64,000 bases of DNA, taken from Pristiophorus japonicus (lineage: Eukaryota). This document shows, one piece after another, positions 11,545-25,780 of the stretch. Within the stretch, counting starts at the first letter, position 1; each line of letters begins with the position of its first letter. The position numbers and the translations under genes were made by a program. The notes under the pieces were generated by a model. It searched no databases, was not told the DNA's origin, and worked only from the letters and a program-made list of their open reading frames with translations. The stretch lies in NCBI RefSeq assembly GCF_044704955.1, contig NC_091999.1, positions 35,092,001 to 35,156,000 of the forward strand, written 5' to 3'.

Positions 11545-14500
11545 GTATTACTGCACTAGATCCTGTCCCTGCTGAGATTACACTAGATCCTATCCCTGTT
11601 TACATTACTCGAGACCCTGTCTCTGTTTATATTAACTTGGACCCCATCTCTCTTTATATTACACTAGATATTGTCTCTGTTTATAGTACACCAGGCCCTG
11701 TTTCTGTTTATATTACACGAGACCCTTTCTCCCTTTATATTTCACGAGACTCTGTCTCAGTTTCTACTCCACTACACCATGTCTCTGTTTATATTACACT
11801 AGACCCTGTCTCTGTTTATATTACGCTAGAACCTCTCGCTGTTTATGTTACACTAGAACCTGTCTCTGTTTATATTTCACCAGACCCTGTCTCTGTTTAT
11901 ATTACACTAGACCCTGTCTCTGTTTATATTACCCTAGAACCTGTCTCAGTTTATATTACACGACCCTGTCTCTGTTTGTATTACACTAGACCCTTTCGCT
12001 GGTTAAGTTACACTCGCCCATATATCTCTTTATATTACACTAGAACCTGTTTCTTTTTATGTTAGACAAGGGCCTGTCTCTGTTTATCTTGCACTCGGCC
12101 CAGTCTCTATTTAAATTACTCTAGACGCTGGCTCAGTTATAATTCATTGCAACTAATCTATGCTTATATTAGGCCTTACATCTCAGATGGAATATTATGG
12201 GCAATTTTGTGCACCACATTTCCATAACGATGTACAGACACTAAAAAGGGTACTGAAGAGGTTTAACTGGTTGTTACCAGCGATGAGGGACTTCAATTAG
12301 AGAGTTCAAAAGTTAGAGCTGTTCTCCTGTAAAAGAGAAGTTTAACTAGCGACCTAATAGATGTCTTCAACATGATAACTAGTTTTCTAATGTAGAGGCA
12401 ATATGATGGGGCATGTCTTCACCGAGAGGGTGGTGAAAAGCACTATATGAAATATTGGTAGAGGCAGGAATTCTCACCATATATAAAAGATTCTTGAATG
12501 TTCAGTTAATGTGTCATAACCTGCAGGCTACTGAACACGAGCTGGAAAGTGGGATTTGGCAAGATAGCTCTTGGTCGACTGGCACTATACAATGAGCTGA
12601 AATGGCCTCCTTCCATGCTGTCAATTTCTAAGATTCTACGATATATTATATCGGCTCCCACTAAGCAGAGGTCCTAGATTTAAAAGCATTGGCATAAGAT
12701 CAGGAGCGGAGAAGAGCAGAATTGGTTTTCACTCAGGGTCAGCAGAGGCACGATGGACCGAATAGCTTCCTTTAAGCTGTAATTGTCTGTGACACTATGA
12801 AATCACAGCAGATTGTTTCTCAGCTTTTACTCCACTACACCATGTCTCTGTTTATATTATACTAGACCCTGTCTCTGTTTATATTACGCTAGACCCTGTC
12901 TCTCTTTATATTACGCTAGACCCTCTCGCTGTTTATGTTACACTAGACCCTGTCTCTGTTTATATTGCACCAGACCCTGTCACTGTTTATATTACACCAG
13001 ACCCTGTCTCTGTTTATATTACACTAGACCCTGTCTCAGTTCATATTACCCTAGAACCTGTCTCAGTTTATATTACACGACCCTGTCTCTGTTTATATTA
13101 CACTAGACCCTTTCGTTGGTTATGTTACACTCGCCCATATATCTATTTATTTCACACTAGAACCTGTCTCTTTTTATGTTACACTAGAGCCTGTCTCTCT
13201 ATATCTTGCACTAGGCCCAGTCTCTATTTAAATCACTCTAGACGCTGTCTCAGTTATTAATTCATTGCAACTTATCTCTACTTATATTAGGCCTTAGACC
13301 TCAGTAGGAATATTATGGACAGTTTTGAGCACCACATTTCCATAACGATGTACAGACACTAAAAAGGGTACTGAAGAGGTTTAACCGGTTGTTACCAGCG
13401 ATGAGGGACTTCAATTAGAGAGTTCAAAAGTTAGAACTGTTCTCCTTGTAACAGAGAAGTTTAACTAGCGACCTAATAGATGTCTTCAACATGATAACTG
13501 GTTTTCTAATGTAGAGGAGATATGAGGGGACATGTCTTCACCGAGAGGGTGGTGGAGTCTGAAACGCACTATATGAAATATTGGTAGAGGCAGGAAATCT
13601 CACCATATATAAAAGATTCTTGAATGTTCAGTTAACGTGTCGTAACCTACAGGCTACTGAACACGGCAGGATAGCTCTTGGTTGGCTGGCGCTATATAAT
13701 GAGCTGAAATGGCCTCCTTCCATGCTGTCAATTTCTAAGATTCTATGATATATTATATCGGCTCCCACTAAGCAGAGGTCCTAGATTTTATAGCATTGGC
13801 ATAAGATCAGGAGCCGAGAAGTGCAGAATTGGTTTTCACTCAGGGTCAGCAGAGGCACGATGGACCGAATAGCTTCCTTTAAGCTATAATTGTCTGTGAC
13901 ACTATGAAATCACGGCAGATTGTTTCTCAGTTTTTACTCCACTACACCATGTCTCTGTTTATATTACACTAGACCCTGTCGCTCTTTATATTACACTAGG
14001 CCCTGTCTCTGTTTATATTACCCTAGACCCTCTCGCTGTTTATGTTACACTAGACCCTTTCTCTGTTTATATTGCACCAGACCCTGTCTCTGTTTATATT
14101 ACACCAAACCCTGTCTCTGTTTATATTACGCTAGATGCTCTCGCTGTAATAATGACACTAGACCCTGTCTCTGTTTATATTACACCAGACCCTGTCTCTG
14201 TTTATATTACACCAGACCCTGCCTCTGTTTATATTATAATTAGACCCCGTCTCTGTTTATATTACACCAGATCCTGTCTCTGTTTATATTACACGAGACC
14301 CTATCTCTGTTTATATTTCATTAGACCCTGTCTCTGTCTACATTACCCTCGACCCTGTCTCTGTTTACTTTACACTAGACCCTGTCTCTGCTCATGCTAC
14401 ACTGGATCCTGTCTGTGTATATAATATACCAGAGCCTAACTCTGTTTATATACCATGCCTCTGTATACATTACATGAGACCCTACCTCTGTTTCTTTTAC

Positions 14501-14806
14501 ACCAGGCCCTTCTCTGTTTATATTACCCTAGTCCATGTCTCTTTATATATTACAGTAGAGCCTGTCTCTGTTTACATTATACTAGACCCTGTATCTGTCA
14601 TATTAGACTGGACCATGTCTCTTTATATATTACACGAGACCCTGTCTCTGTTTATTTTACACCAGATCCTGTCTGTGTTTATATTGCACTGGATCCTGTC
14701 TCGATTTATATTGCACTGGATCCTGTTTCTTTTTATATTACACTAGACATTGTCACTGTTTAAATTACCCTCGACCCTATCTCTGTTTATAATACACGAG
14801 ATCCTG
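11545..14806 (+). repeat. 27-bp satellite blocks alternating with old CR1 fragments (12160-12810, 13280-13915), forming a ~1.1-kb local tandem duplication
   Basis: The landmark TACTCCACTACACCATGTCTCTG recurs near 11765, 12828 and 13935, and the two intervening CR1-derived blocks are near-identical. Confidence 0.9.
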
Positions 14807-14809
14807 TGC

Positions 14810-16215
14810 GATTTTAAAAAGGAGACTGCAAAAAGCAGGAAACTATAGGCAAGTTAGCCTAACATCTGTCGTTGGGAAAATACAGGACTCCATTATTAAG
14901 GAAGCAGTAGCGAGATATTTGGAAATGCATAATTCAATTAAGCAAAGTCAGCATGGTTTTATGAAAAGGAATTCATGTTTGACATATTTGCTTGTGTTCA
15001 TTGAGGATGTAACGATTAGGGTAGATAAGGGAGAACCAGTGGATGTGTTATATTTGGATTTCCAGAAAGCAATCGATTAGGTGCCACATAAAAGGTTCCT
15101 GCACAAGATAAAAGTTCAAGGGGTTGGGGCGAAAGTCTTAGCATAGATAGAGCTTTGGATAACTAACAGAAAACAGAGAGTCGGGATAAATGGGTCATTT
15201 TCCGGTAGGGAAACAGTGACTAGTGTGGTGCCGCAGGGATCGGTGCTGTGTCCTCAAATTTTACAATCTATTTTAATGTCTTGGATGAAGGGACAGAGTG
15301 TAATGTAGCCAAGTTTGCTGATGATAAAAAGATGGGTGGGAAAACAAATTGTGAGGAGGACACAAAATATCTGCAAAGGGATATATACAGGCTAAGTGAG
15401 TGGGCAAAAGTTTGGCAGATGGAGTATAATGTGGGAAAATGTGAGGTTATCCACTTTTGCTGGAAAAATTAGAAAAGCAAATTTTAATTTAAATGGAGAA
15501 AAATTGCTAAGTGCTGCAGGACAGAGAGACCTGTGTGTCCTTGTGCTTGAAACACAAAACGTTAGTATGCAGGTACTGCAAGTAATCAGGAAGGCAAATG
15601 GAATTCTGGCCTTTATTGCAAGGGGCATAAAGTATGTAAGCAAAGGAGGCATGCTGCAACTGTACAGGGTATAGGTGAGGCCACACCTGATGCACAGCGT
15701 ACAGTTTTCGTCTCTGTATTGAAGGAAGGATATACGTGCATTGGAGGCTGTTCAGAGAAGATTCACTAAGTTGATTCCGGATATGATGCGGATGACTTAT
15801 GAAGATAGGTTGAGTAGGTTGGGCATATACACATTGGATTTAAGTACAATGGGAAGGGATCTTATCGAAACGCATAAGGTAATGTGGGCCTCGACAGGGT
15901 GGATGCAGAGAGGATATTTGCACTCATCGGGGAAAATAAAATTTGGGACATAGTTTTAGAATAAGGGACTGCCGATTTAAAGCTGATATGAGGAGGAATT
16001 TCTTCTCTCAGAGGATTGCAAATCTGTGTAATTCGCTGTCCCAGAGATCTGTGGAGGCAGGATCATTGATTATATTTAAGGCGGAGATCAGCAGATTTTT
16101 GAGCGATAAGGGAATGAACGGTTATGGGGAGCGGGCAGGGAAGTGCAGCTCTGTCCATGATCAGGTCAGCCTACACCTGCTCCTATTTCTTATGTTCTTA
16201 TGTTCTTACGATTCT
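14810..16215 (+). mobile_element. Older 5'-truncated CR1 (decayed RT plus 3' tail)
   Basis: Fragmentary ORFs such as NVAKFADDKKMGG and RRNFFSQRIANLCNSL; tail ttcttatgttcttatg. Confidence 0.92.
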
Positions 16216-16259
16216 ATGACAATGTTTACACTTGCAGGAGGGCTATTATCCGGAGGACA

Positions 16260-17712
16260 CAGCTATTACTGCCCATGACCATGCCTCAGGTTATATTGTA
16301 CTAGGCACTGTCTTTGTTTTGATTTTATTAAGATCTGTCTCATTTATTACTGCACAGGGCCCTGACTCCGTTGATATTATATTAGACCCTGTCACAGTTA
16401 TTTCTGCACTAGACTCTGTCTTTGTTTATATTAGATCAGAGCCTGTTTCTCTTTTTATTATATTAAACCCTGTCTCAGTTATTACTGCACTAGTCCAGTC
16501 TCTGTTTACATTACACAGAACCTTTCTCTGATTTCAGGGCTGTAGGCACGGACGCAGTTACCGTTCTGCTAAACAATGTTTCTCTATATATTACATTCAA
16601 CAGTGTCTCTGTTTATATTACATTGGGCCCTCTCTTAGTATTGACTGTACTAGGCCCGTTTTTTAATATATTACACAAGATCTTTCTGTTTCTATTGTAC
16701 TAGAACCGATCTCTGTTAAATTACACTAGATCCTGTCTCTGTTTATATTACACTAGACCCTGTCTCGTTTATATTAAACTAGATCCTGTCTCTGTTTATA
16801 CTATGCTCGACCATGTCACTGTTTATATTACTCTACATCCTGCCTCTGTTTATATTACACTAGACCCTGTCTCTGTTTATACTACGCTAGATCATGTGAC
16901 TGTTTATATTGCACTATATCATGTCTCTGTTTATATTACACTAGACCACGTCTCTGTTTATATTACAAGAGATGCTATCTCAGTTTCCATTATACTACAA
17001 CCTGTCTCTGTATATATTACACTCGACCCTGTCTCAGTTTTTATTACACTAGACCATGTCTCTGTTTATAATACACTCGACCCTGTTTCTGGTTATATTA
17101 CACTAGACTTTCTGTCTCTGTTTATATTACACTAGACCACGTCTCTGTTTATAATGCACTAGATACTGTCCGTATTTATATTACACGAGAACATATCTCT
17201 GTTTATATTACACTAGATCCTCTCTCAGTTTATGTCACATTAAACCCTGCCTCTGTTTGTATTAAACTCGAACCTGCCTCCGTTTATTTTACACTAGACG
17301 CTGCCTCTGCTTATATTACATTACACCCTGTCTCTGTTTATGTTACATTAGGCCCTGTCCCTGTTTACAGTACACTAGACCATGTCCCTGTTTATATTAC
17401 ACTCAAATCTGTCTCTGTTTATGTTAAATTAGAACCTGTCTCTTTTTAAAGGCCTCTAGGCCCTGTCTAAGTTACCATTCTGCTAAACCATGTTTCTTTT
17501 TTTCATTACATTCAACGGTATTTCTGTTTATATAAAGTAGGGCCCTGTCTTAGTTATTACTGCACTAGACCCTGTCTTTTGCTATATATTACACGAGCCC
17601 ATTTCCCTGTTTATATTACACTAGACCCTGCCTATGTTTATATTACACAACGCCTGTCTCTGTTTATATTACACTAGAAGTTGTCACTGTTTATTTCATG
17701 CTAGATCCTGTC
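16260..17712 (+). repeat. 27-bp satellite array
   Basis: Tandem units of the 27-bp consensus. Confidence 0.93.
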
Positions 17713-17717
17713 GCCAT

Positions 17718-18520
17718 CTAATAAAGGACGTAGACAAAAGCAGTAAACGATAGACCAGTTTGCCTAACATCTGTCGTTGGGAAAATGCTGTAGTCCATTA
17801 TTAAGGAAGCAGGAACGGGCATTTGGAAAAGTATAATTCAATCAAGCAGAGTCAACATGGTTTTTTGAAAGGGAAATAATGTTTGACAAATTTGTTGGAT
17901 GTCTTTAAGGTTGTAACGAGCAGGCTGGATAAAGTAGAACAAGTGAATGTAGTGTATTTGCATTTCCAGAAGGCAATCGATTAGCTGCTACATAAAAGGT
18001 TCCTGCACAAGATAACTTTTCACAGGGTTTGGGGGTGATATATTAGCATAGATAGAGTATTGGTTAAATAACAGAAAACAGAGAACTGACTTAAATGGGT
18101 CATTTTCCGGTTGGCAAATAGTGTTGTGTGGTGCCGCAGGGATCGTGCTGTGGCCTCAACTATTTACATTCTATATTAATGACATGGATGAAGGGACTGA
18201 TTGTAATATAGCCAAATTTGCTGATGATAGAAAGATGGATGGGAAAGCAAACTATGAGGAGAATACAAAAGATCTGCAAAGCGATATAGCCAGGCTAAGT
18301 GAGTGGTCAAAATTTGGCAGATGGAATATAATGTGGGCAAATGTGATGTTATCCATTTTGGCAGAAAAAATAGAAAAGCAAATTCTAATATAAATGAAGA
18401 AAAATTGCAAAGTGCTGCAATACAGAGGGACCTGGGTGTCCTTGTGCATGAAACACAAAAAGTTAGCATGCAGTTACAGCAGATAATCAGGAAGACAAAT
18501 GGTATGTTGACCTTTATTGG
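17718..18520 (+). mobile_element. Older CR1 RT fragment
   Basis: PQLFTFYINDMDEGTDCNIAKFADD and WQMEYNVGKCDVIHFG. Confidence 0.9.
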
Positions 18521-19105
18521 TACTGTACTAGACTCTGCTTATGTTAATATTGCACAGTGCCCTGCCTCATTTATTATTGCTCTTGACCCGGTGTCTAGTT
18601 ATATTGCATTATGCCCTGCATCTGTTCATATTACACTGGGCCATGCCTCAGTTATTACTGCACTAAGCCATGTCTCTGTTTATATTACACAATGTTCTCT
18701 CTGTTATACTGCATGAGAACACGTCTCTCTTCATAATACATTAGGCCCTGTCTCAGTTATTACAGCACTGCGCTGTGCCCCTTTTCATATAGTCTTATAT
18801 TAAATACTGTCTCATTTGTTGCTGCCCTCTGGTATGTATCTCTCATATTACATGAAACCTTGCCTCAGTTATAATGCACTAAGCAATGTCTATGTTTATA
18901 CTACACTGGGTACTCTCCGTTATTACAATCGATACCATCTCTCTAGTTATATGACATTCGGCACTGTCACAGTTAATACTACACGAAACGACGTCTCCTC
19001 TTTATATTGCTCTAGGTTTTGTCTCTGTTAATAATGCATTAGACCATTCTTCTCTTTAAATTACACGATACACTTTCTCAATTAGTACTGAACTATGCCA
19101 TGCCT
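18520..19105 (+). repeat. Degenerate 27-bp satellite
   Basis: Diverged units, including the CTCAGTTATTACTGCACTA variant. Confidence 0.8.
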
Positions 19106-19254
19106 CTATTCAATTAGATGACGGATGATCGACATCTTAACTCCATCGACCAGCTTTGGTTCCGTCACCCATAATCTCCTAACCGAACCAAAATCTACCA
19201 ATCAATCTCTGGCAGCAATTAGAAAATAATGCCTCTGCCTGTTATAGCCTTCCC

Positions 19255-20060
19255 TTTATGAAGGGATTTGATACGGTTAAAAGTGAGACAGTGTTTACAC
19301 TGAAAGGAGTGTCGGTAACCAGAGGATACATATTTAAGATCATTTGCAACAAAAAAACAGAAGGGAGATGTGGAGATGTTTTAATGTAGCAAGTGGTTCT
19401 GATCTGGAATGCAGAAGATATACACTATCGTTCGTTTTTATGAATAGAGATATAGGGTGCAAATGCAAGGAACATACAGCTAAGCATCTGTAAAATATTG
19501 GTTATAGTCCAGCTGGAGTATTGTGTTTAATTCTGAGAGCCACATTTAGGAAAGATTGAACGGCCTTGGAAAGGGTGCTTGGGGAATTTACTAGAATAGT
19601 ACCTTGGATAAAATACTTCAATTCAGTGAAGACACTCGGTGCATTGAGATTGTTGTCATTAGAGCGGAGAAGGTTAAAAAGAGCTTTTACAAACATGTTC
19701 AAGACCATGAATGATTCTGACACTTGAAATAAGAAGACAATTTTGCAGTGGCTGACGGGTCTGTAACCAGATGACACACATTTAAGGAATTGGCAAAAGA
19801 GCCCGAGGCGAAATGAGGAAAAAGAAATACACAATGTGCTGTTATGATCTAGAATACTCTATCTGATAGGGTGCTGCTTTCGGTAATAAATTTCAAAAGT
19901 GAATTGGATAAATAATTGAACTGGAAATAATGCAGGGTTATTGGGAAATAGCAGGGGTAGTGGGACCAATTGGTTAGCTGTTTCAACTCAGTCAGGGATA
20001 GGCACCAGAGAGCTGAATGTGCACGGTGTGTGCGGTATCATTCTTCCATTCTGCGATTCT
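19255..20060 (+). mobile_element. Old CR1 3' fragments
   Basis: ctggagtattgtgt...tttaggaaagat and a tail-like end. Confidence 0.7.
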
Positions 20061-20182
20061 ATATCTACATCATCTCTCGGTTCATAAAACACTAAGACCC
20101 CTCTCGGTTTATAAAACACTTGTTCCTGCCGCAGTTATTATTGCACTAGTCAAGGCATTTTTTTATATCACGCTAAGACTTT

Positions 20183-21115
20183 AGAACACAAGAACATAAG
20201 AATATAAGAAATAGGAGCAGGAGTAGGCCATTTGTCCCCTCAAGCCTGCTCTGCCATTTAATAAGTTCATGGCTGGTCTGATCATGGACACAACTCCAAT
20301 GCCCTGCCCGCTCCTCCTAACCCTTTAATCACTTATTGCTCAAAAATCTGTCCATCTCTGCCTCACATACATTCAATGACCCAGCCTTCACACCTCTCTG
20401 TTGCAGAAAATTACACAGATTTACAAGTCTCTGAGAGAAGAAATTCCTCCTCTTCTCAGTTTTAAATGGCAGCACCTTATTCTGAGATTAAGCCTCCTAA
20501 TTTTAGTTTCCCCTGTGAGTGGAAATGTCCTCTCTGCATCCACCTTCCCGAGCCCCTTCATTATGTTATAAGTTTCGATAAGATCATCTCACATTCTTCT
20601 GAACTCCAACATGTATAGGCCCAACCTACTCAACTTTTCTTCATACATCAATCCGCTCTTCTCCGGCATCAACCTAATGAACCTCCTCTGAAAAGTCTCC
20701 AATGCATGTATAACCTTCCTTACATTCGGAGAACAAAACTTTACGCAGTACTCCAGCTGTGGCCTCACCAATAACCTGTCGAGTTGTAGCAGGACGTCTC
20801 TGCTTTTGTACTCAATTCCCTTTGCAATAAAGGCCAACATTCCATTTGTCTTCCTGATTACTTGCTTTACCTGCATAGTAATATTTTGTGTTTCATGCAC
20901 AAGTACACCCAGGTCCCTCTGTACCGCAGCACTTTGCAATTTATCTCCATTTAAATTATAATTTGCTTTCTCATTTTTTTCTGCCAAAGTAGATAATCTG
21001 AGATTTTCACCGTTATAATCCATCTGCCAATTTTTTGTCCACTCACTTAGCCTGTCTATATCACCTTGCAGATTTTTTTAGTGTCTTCATCACAATTTGC
21101 TATTGCACCCAAAAT
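20183..21115 (-). mobile_element. Antisense CR1 3' part with tail
   Basis: ORF 20589..21023 on the minus strand is the CR1 ORF2 C-terminus; reverse-complement tail agaacataagaatataagaaataggagcagg. Confidence 0.92.
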
Positions 21116-21209
21116 GTATTTTTACCCAACCACTTGAATGGCCCCATTAACTCCGTGTTGTGGTCAGTTTACTCATCCTCCCAGCAGTCCCTCTCTTGGT
21201 TATCGATAC

Positions 21210-21760
21210 CCTGGACCCTGTCACAGTTATTACTGCACTCGACCCAGTCTCTGTTTATATTACACTGGACCCTGTCTCTGTTTAATTAACACACGTCCCT
21301 ATCTCTATTTATATTATACTAGACCTTGTCTCTATTTATATTACATTAGACCCTGCCCCTGTTTATATTACACCAGAACCTGTCTCTGTTTATATTACAC
21401 TAGCCCCAGTCTCTGTTTATATTACACTAGACCCAGTCATGGTTTATATTACACAAGCCCCTGTCTCTGTTTATGTTACACTAGGCCCTGTCTCTATTTA
21501 TATTACACTCGTCCCTATCTCAGTGTATATTACACTAGACTCGTTCCTTATTTATATTACACTGGACCATGGCTCTGTTTATATTATACTAGGCACTGTC
21601 TCAGTTATTCCTGCCATAGACCATGGCTGAAATATATTATAATAAATTCCTGTCTCTCTTCATGTTACTTTGGATCTTGTCTAAACTATTAGTGCGCTGG
21701 ATCCTGTCTCTATTTCTTATACCATAGAACCTGCCTCAGTTATTACTGCACTTGCACATG
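21210..21760 (+). repeat. 27-bp satellite array
   Basis: Tandem units of the 27-bp consensus. Confidence 0.92.
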
Positions 21761-22295
21761 CGTCTGTTACATAAGCAGACGATAAAAAGAGAGATCGATA
21801 GATATTAATATAAATAAAGATGTGTAATGTGTAGGTGTGAGGATGCAATACTTTTTTGTTTGGAAGTATATGTTTAGATTTGTTAACAGCTATCAACACG
21901 TGTATGCAATCTCTAATTGATCTGGTATTATGACGGTAATATTTGCGTTGCGAGGATGGGGTGAATCTTGTAACAATCTCCCAGAGATGGACTGGAATTG
22001 AGGGACAGGACGGAAGGTGTGCACTTTGAACTACTGGCAATATCCGTGTGTTGGAGGTTACTAAATCACAATGTGTTTTCCTGTGTCTATTTCTCCAAGT
22101 TCTTTAACATTAACGATTGTTTTTCATCCAGTATTTTCTATTTAGCTGTGACGTGACCCACTGAGTATGTCAGACAGAGCCTGGAACCGTGACCTCAGAG
22201 CACCGCCGGATGGGCGGCCGCAGGGTCCTAATATCCACCGGAAAAAAATTCTCACCTAGTGAAATGAACAACTGAAAAGAGAACACAAAAAGTGT

Positions 22296-22346
22296 TTGGT
22301 ATATGTGTATGCGTGTTTGTGTATATGTACGTTTGTGTGTTTATGA

Positions 22347-22388
<42 letters not shown>

Positions 22389-22412
22389 GTGTGTGTGATG
22401 TATGTGAGTGTG
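22296..22412. repeat. (TG)n microsatellite
   Basis: Long TG run. The paralogous run is at 49630-49705; the unit B equivalent falls in the N gap. Confidence 0.95.
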
Positions 22413-22754
22413 TACAAAACAATTGCAGACATTCATAATGTGTGCAAGTGCATTCCACAAAGATAAATGATTAGCTTCAGCCAATATTTTCCACCATTTT
22501 ACTTTATTCAAAATGCAATCACAGGTCGGTTAATAGCTTTAAAATGTATTGATAACCCATTCTCTTGCTTGATCTTGTTTAGAAAATAATGTCACTCTGA
22601 CCATTCTGTTACCAGGTGACCATTTCTGTCAGCAGTATTCAGTGTGAAACGGGATTAAATCAAACCTAGGATAATGAGCATCCAGACGCCAGTCTCTGCG
22701 CTTTATCGTCTTGCAATCACCTCATCATCACCCAGAAAACACTGATGTACTCCT

Positions 22755-23265
22755 TGAGGGAGCGCAGCCAAAGTTCACAAAACTGATTCGCGGGATGGCA
22801 GGATTGACCTATGAAAAAAGATTGGATTGACTAGCCTTATATTCGCTGGAATTTAGAAGAATGAGAAGGGATCTCATAGAATCATATACAATTCTGACGG
22901 GATTGGACAGGTTAGAAGTAGGAAGAATGTTCCCGATGTTGGGGAAGTCTAGAACTAGGAGTCACAGTCTAAGGATAAGGGGTAAGCCATTTAGGACAGA
23001 GATGAGGAGAATCTTCTTCACCCAGAGAAATGTGAACCGATGGAATTCTCTGCCACAGAAAGTTTTTGAGTCCAGTTAGTTGGATATATTCAAAAGGGAG
23101 TTAGATGTGGCCCTTACGGCTAAAGGGATCAGGGGGTATGGAGAGAAGACAGGAGTGGGGTACTGAAGATATATGATCAGCCATGATCATATTGAATGGT
23201 GCTGCAGGCTCGAAGGGCCGAATGGCCTGCTCTTACACATATTTTCTATGTTTCTATACTTCTAT
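22755..23265 (+). mobile_element. CR1 3' end inserted in unit A only
   Basis: ORF 22861..23079 plus tail; absent from the paralogous positions near 33150 and 50020. Confidence 0.9.
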
Positions 23266-23394
23266 GATTAGTGCACCTGTACCTGGCAGGAGGTTAATAA
23301 ATCCGTAATTACCTGGCATTATTTCTCTCATTACACCAGATCCCGACCCCGTCGCAGGTTTTACTGCACTAGACCCAGTCTCAATTTATACGGT

Positions 23395-24840
23395 TTATGT
23401 GGTGGACTTCTAAAAGTTGTTTGATAAAGTGCCATAAAAATTTAAACCCATAGAATAAAGTGGACAGTGACAGCATGATATATGACAGAGTAGTGGTTAC
23501 CAGTTATTTTTTGCTGGACTGGGGGAAGGTATACTGTGATATTCTGCAGCGTTTGGTACAAGGAACACTGCGTTTCTTCATTTATATTCATGACTTAGAC
23601 TTAGGAGTACAGGGTAAAATTTCGAAATTTGCAGATGATACAAAACTTGCAAATACAGTGAACAGTGAGGAGGATAGTGATGACTTCAAGAGGACATAGA
23701 CATGCTGATGAAAGGGGTGCACTCGTGGCAAATGAAACGGAGAAAAGTATGCAATTAATCACTTTTATAAGACGAATGAGGAGAGGAAAAATAAACCAAA
23801 GCGTACAATTCTAAAGGAGTTGCATGAACACAGTGACCTGATGGTATATGTGCACAAATCATTGAAGGTGGCAGGGCCGGTTGAGAAAATGGTCAAAAAA
23901 GCTTACATGATCCTGGGCATCAAAAATACACACATAAAGTACAAAAGAAAGGAAGTTATGATGAACGTTTATAAAACACTGGTTAAGCCTCACCTGGAGT
24001 ATTGTGTCCAATTCTTTAGGAAGGATATAAGGCCTTAGAGAGGATTCAGAAAATATTTACAATTGTGGTTCCAGTGACACGGTACTTCGTTTAAGTGGAT
24101 AGTCTGGAGAAGATGGAATTGTTCTCCTTGGAGCAGGAAGGTTGAGATGAGATTTCATAGAGGTGTTCAGAACATAATGGGACGAGACAGAGTAGATATC
24201 GAGAAACTGTTCCCATTGGTGGAAAGATCGAGAACAAAGGGCACAGATTTACGGTGATTAGCATATTGGAAAACTGCAAATATAATGCCCCTATTGACAG
24301 GCTAAAAGCTGGTAACTATAAACCAGTTAGTCTAACAGCTGTGCTTGGGAAAATGTTGGAATCCATTATTAAAGAAGCAGTGGCAGAATATTTGGAAAAT
24401 AAAAATTCGGTCAGGCAGAGTTGGCATGGATTTATAAAGGGGAAGTCATGTTTGACACATTTTCTGGAAATCTTTGAGGATGTAACACACAGGGTGGATA
24501 AAGAGGAACCAGTGGATGTGATGTGTTTCGGCTTTTAGAAGGCATTTGACAAGGTGCCACATAAAAGGTTACTGCACAAGATAAACATTGACGGGGTTGG
24601 GACTGAAATTATAGCAAGGATAGAGGATTAGCTAACTGACAGAAAACAGAGAGTCAGGATCAATGGTTCATTCTAGGGTTGGCAATCAGTAAATATTGGT
24701 GTGCTGCAGGGATCAGTGCTGGGAACCCATCTGTATACAATCTACCAACTTTGAAGAAGGGATCGAGAGTAACATAGCCAAGTTTTATGATGATACAAAG
24801 ATGGGAGAAAAAGCAATGTGTGACGAGGACACAAAAATAC
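23395..24840 (+). mobile_element. Two abutting old CR1 RT fragments
   Basis: [23 protein letters not shown] and NYKPVSLTAVLGKMLES. Confidence 0.88.
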
Positions 24841-24889
24841 TCCACTACATCTCAGTAGACCATTCTCAAGTTTATTTTACCCTATCCAT

Positions 24890-25285
24890 CACGTTAAATA
24901 TTCCCTCCCTCCTCCAACGGTGCAGCATGCCTGCAATGATTAAAATCGCCAAGATGCTTTGCAGCAACTCCCCAAGACATCCTCGACAACCCTTTCCAGA
25001 CCTGCGACCTCTTCCACCTGGAAGGGCAAGGGCAGCGTGGTCATGGGAACACCATCATCTCCATGTATCCCTCCAAATCACACATCAACCTGACTTGGAA
25101 ACTTATTACCGTTCCTTCATAGTCGCTGGGTCAAATTCGTGGAACCCCCTCCCGAACAATGTGGGGGGTTCCATCACCACATGGACTGCAGCGGTTCAAG
25201 GTGGCAGCTCGGCCAATTCGGGATAGACCATCAATGTTTGCCTTGTCAGCGACACCCACACCCATATGCAAGGAGCGAATAAAGA
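24890..25285 (+). mobile_element. 3' end of a second LINE family (CR1/L2 group); paralogs at 34520-35080 and 51385-51790
   Basis: Frame HSLHHRR...MHCSNSPRHLRQHFPNLRPL...SFIVAGSNSWNPLPN...GLQRFKVAA resembles a non-LTR ORF2 C-terminus distinct from the main CR1. Confidence 0.7.
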
Positions 25286-25559
25286 AATGTCCCTGTATCA
25301 GTAATCCTGCACGGGGCCCTATCTCAGTTATTACTGCACTAGAACTATTAATATTGTACTCGGCCCGGGAGCAGATATTACTGGAATATATCATGTCTTT
25401 GTTCCTATTACACAAGACCCTGTCTCTGTTTATATTAAACTAGACCAGGACATGGATTCTATTACACTAGCCCCATCCTTTTACATTATTAAACAAGACC
25501 ATATCTCTGTTTATATTCCACTGGACCCTGTCTCAGTTATTACTGCACTAAACTTTGTA

Positions 25560-25780
25560 ACTTCCAGGCCAGGTTCAGCATGTGTTAGCTACATAATAAA
25601 GCGCCCTCTACACTGCACCATCAAACATTCCCAGGCCAGGGACAGCATGTGTCAGGTACAGAGTAAAGTGCCCTCTATTCTGCCCCATCACATACTCCCA
25701 TGGCAGGTATAGCACGTGTTAGATACAGAGTAACGCTCACTGTACTATGTCCCATTACACACTCCCAGGGCAGGTATACC
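25560..25780 (+). repeat. ~67-bp tandem repeat (unit A), preceded by degenerate 27-bp satellite at 25290-25555
   Basis: Same consensus as 9445-9870. Confidence 0.8.

Noticed and set aside
11637-21692. Cys/Tyr-rich and YITLDPVSV-repeat ORFs resembling keratin-associated proteins
   Set aside because: They are translations of the 27-bp satellite.
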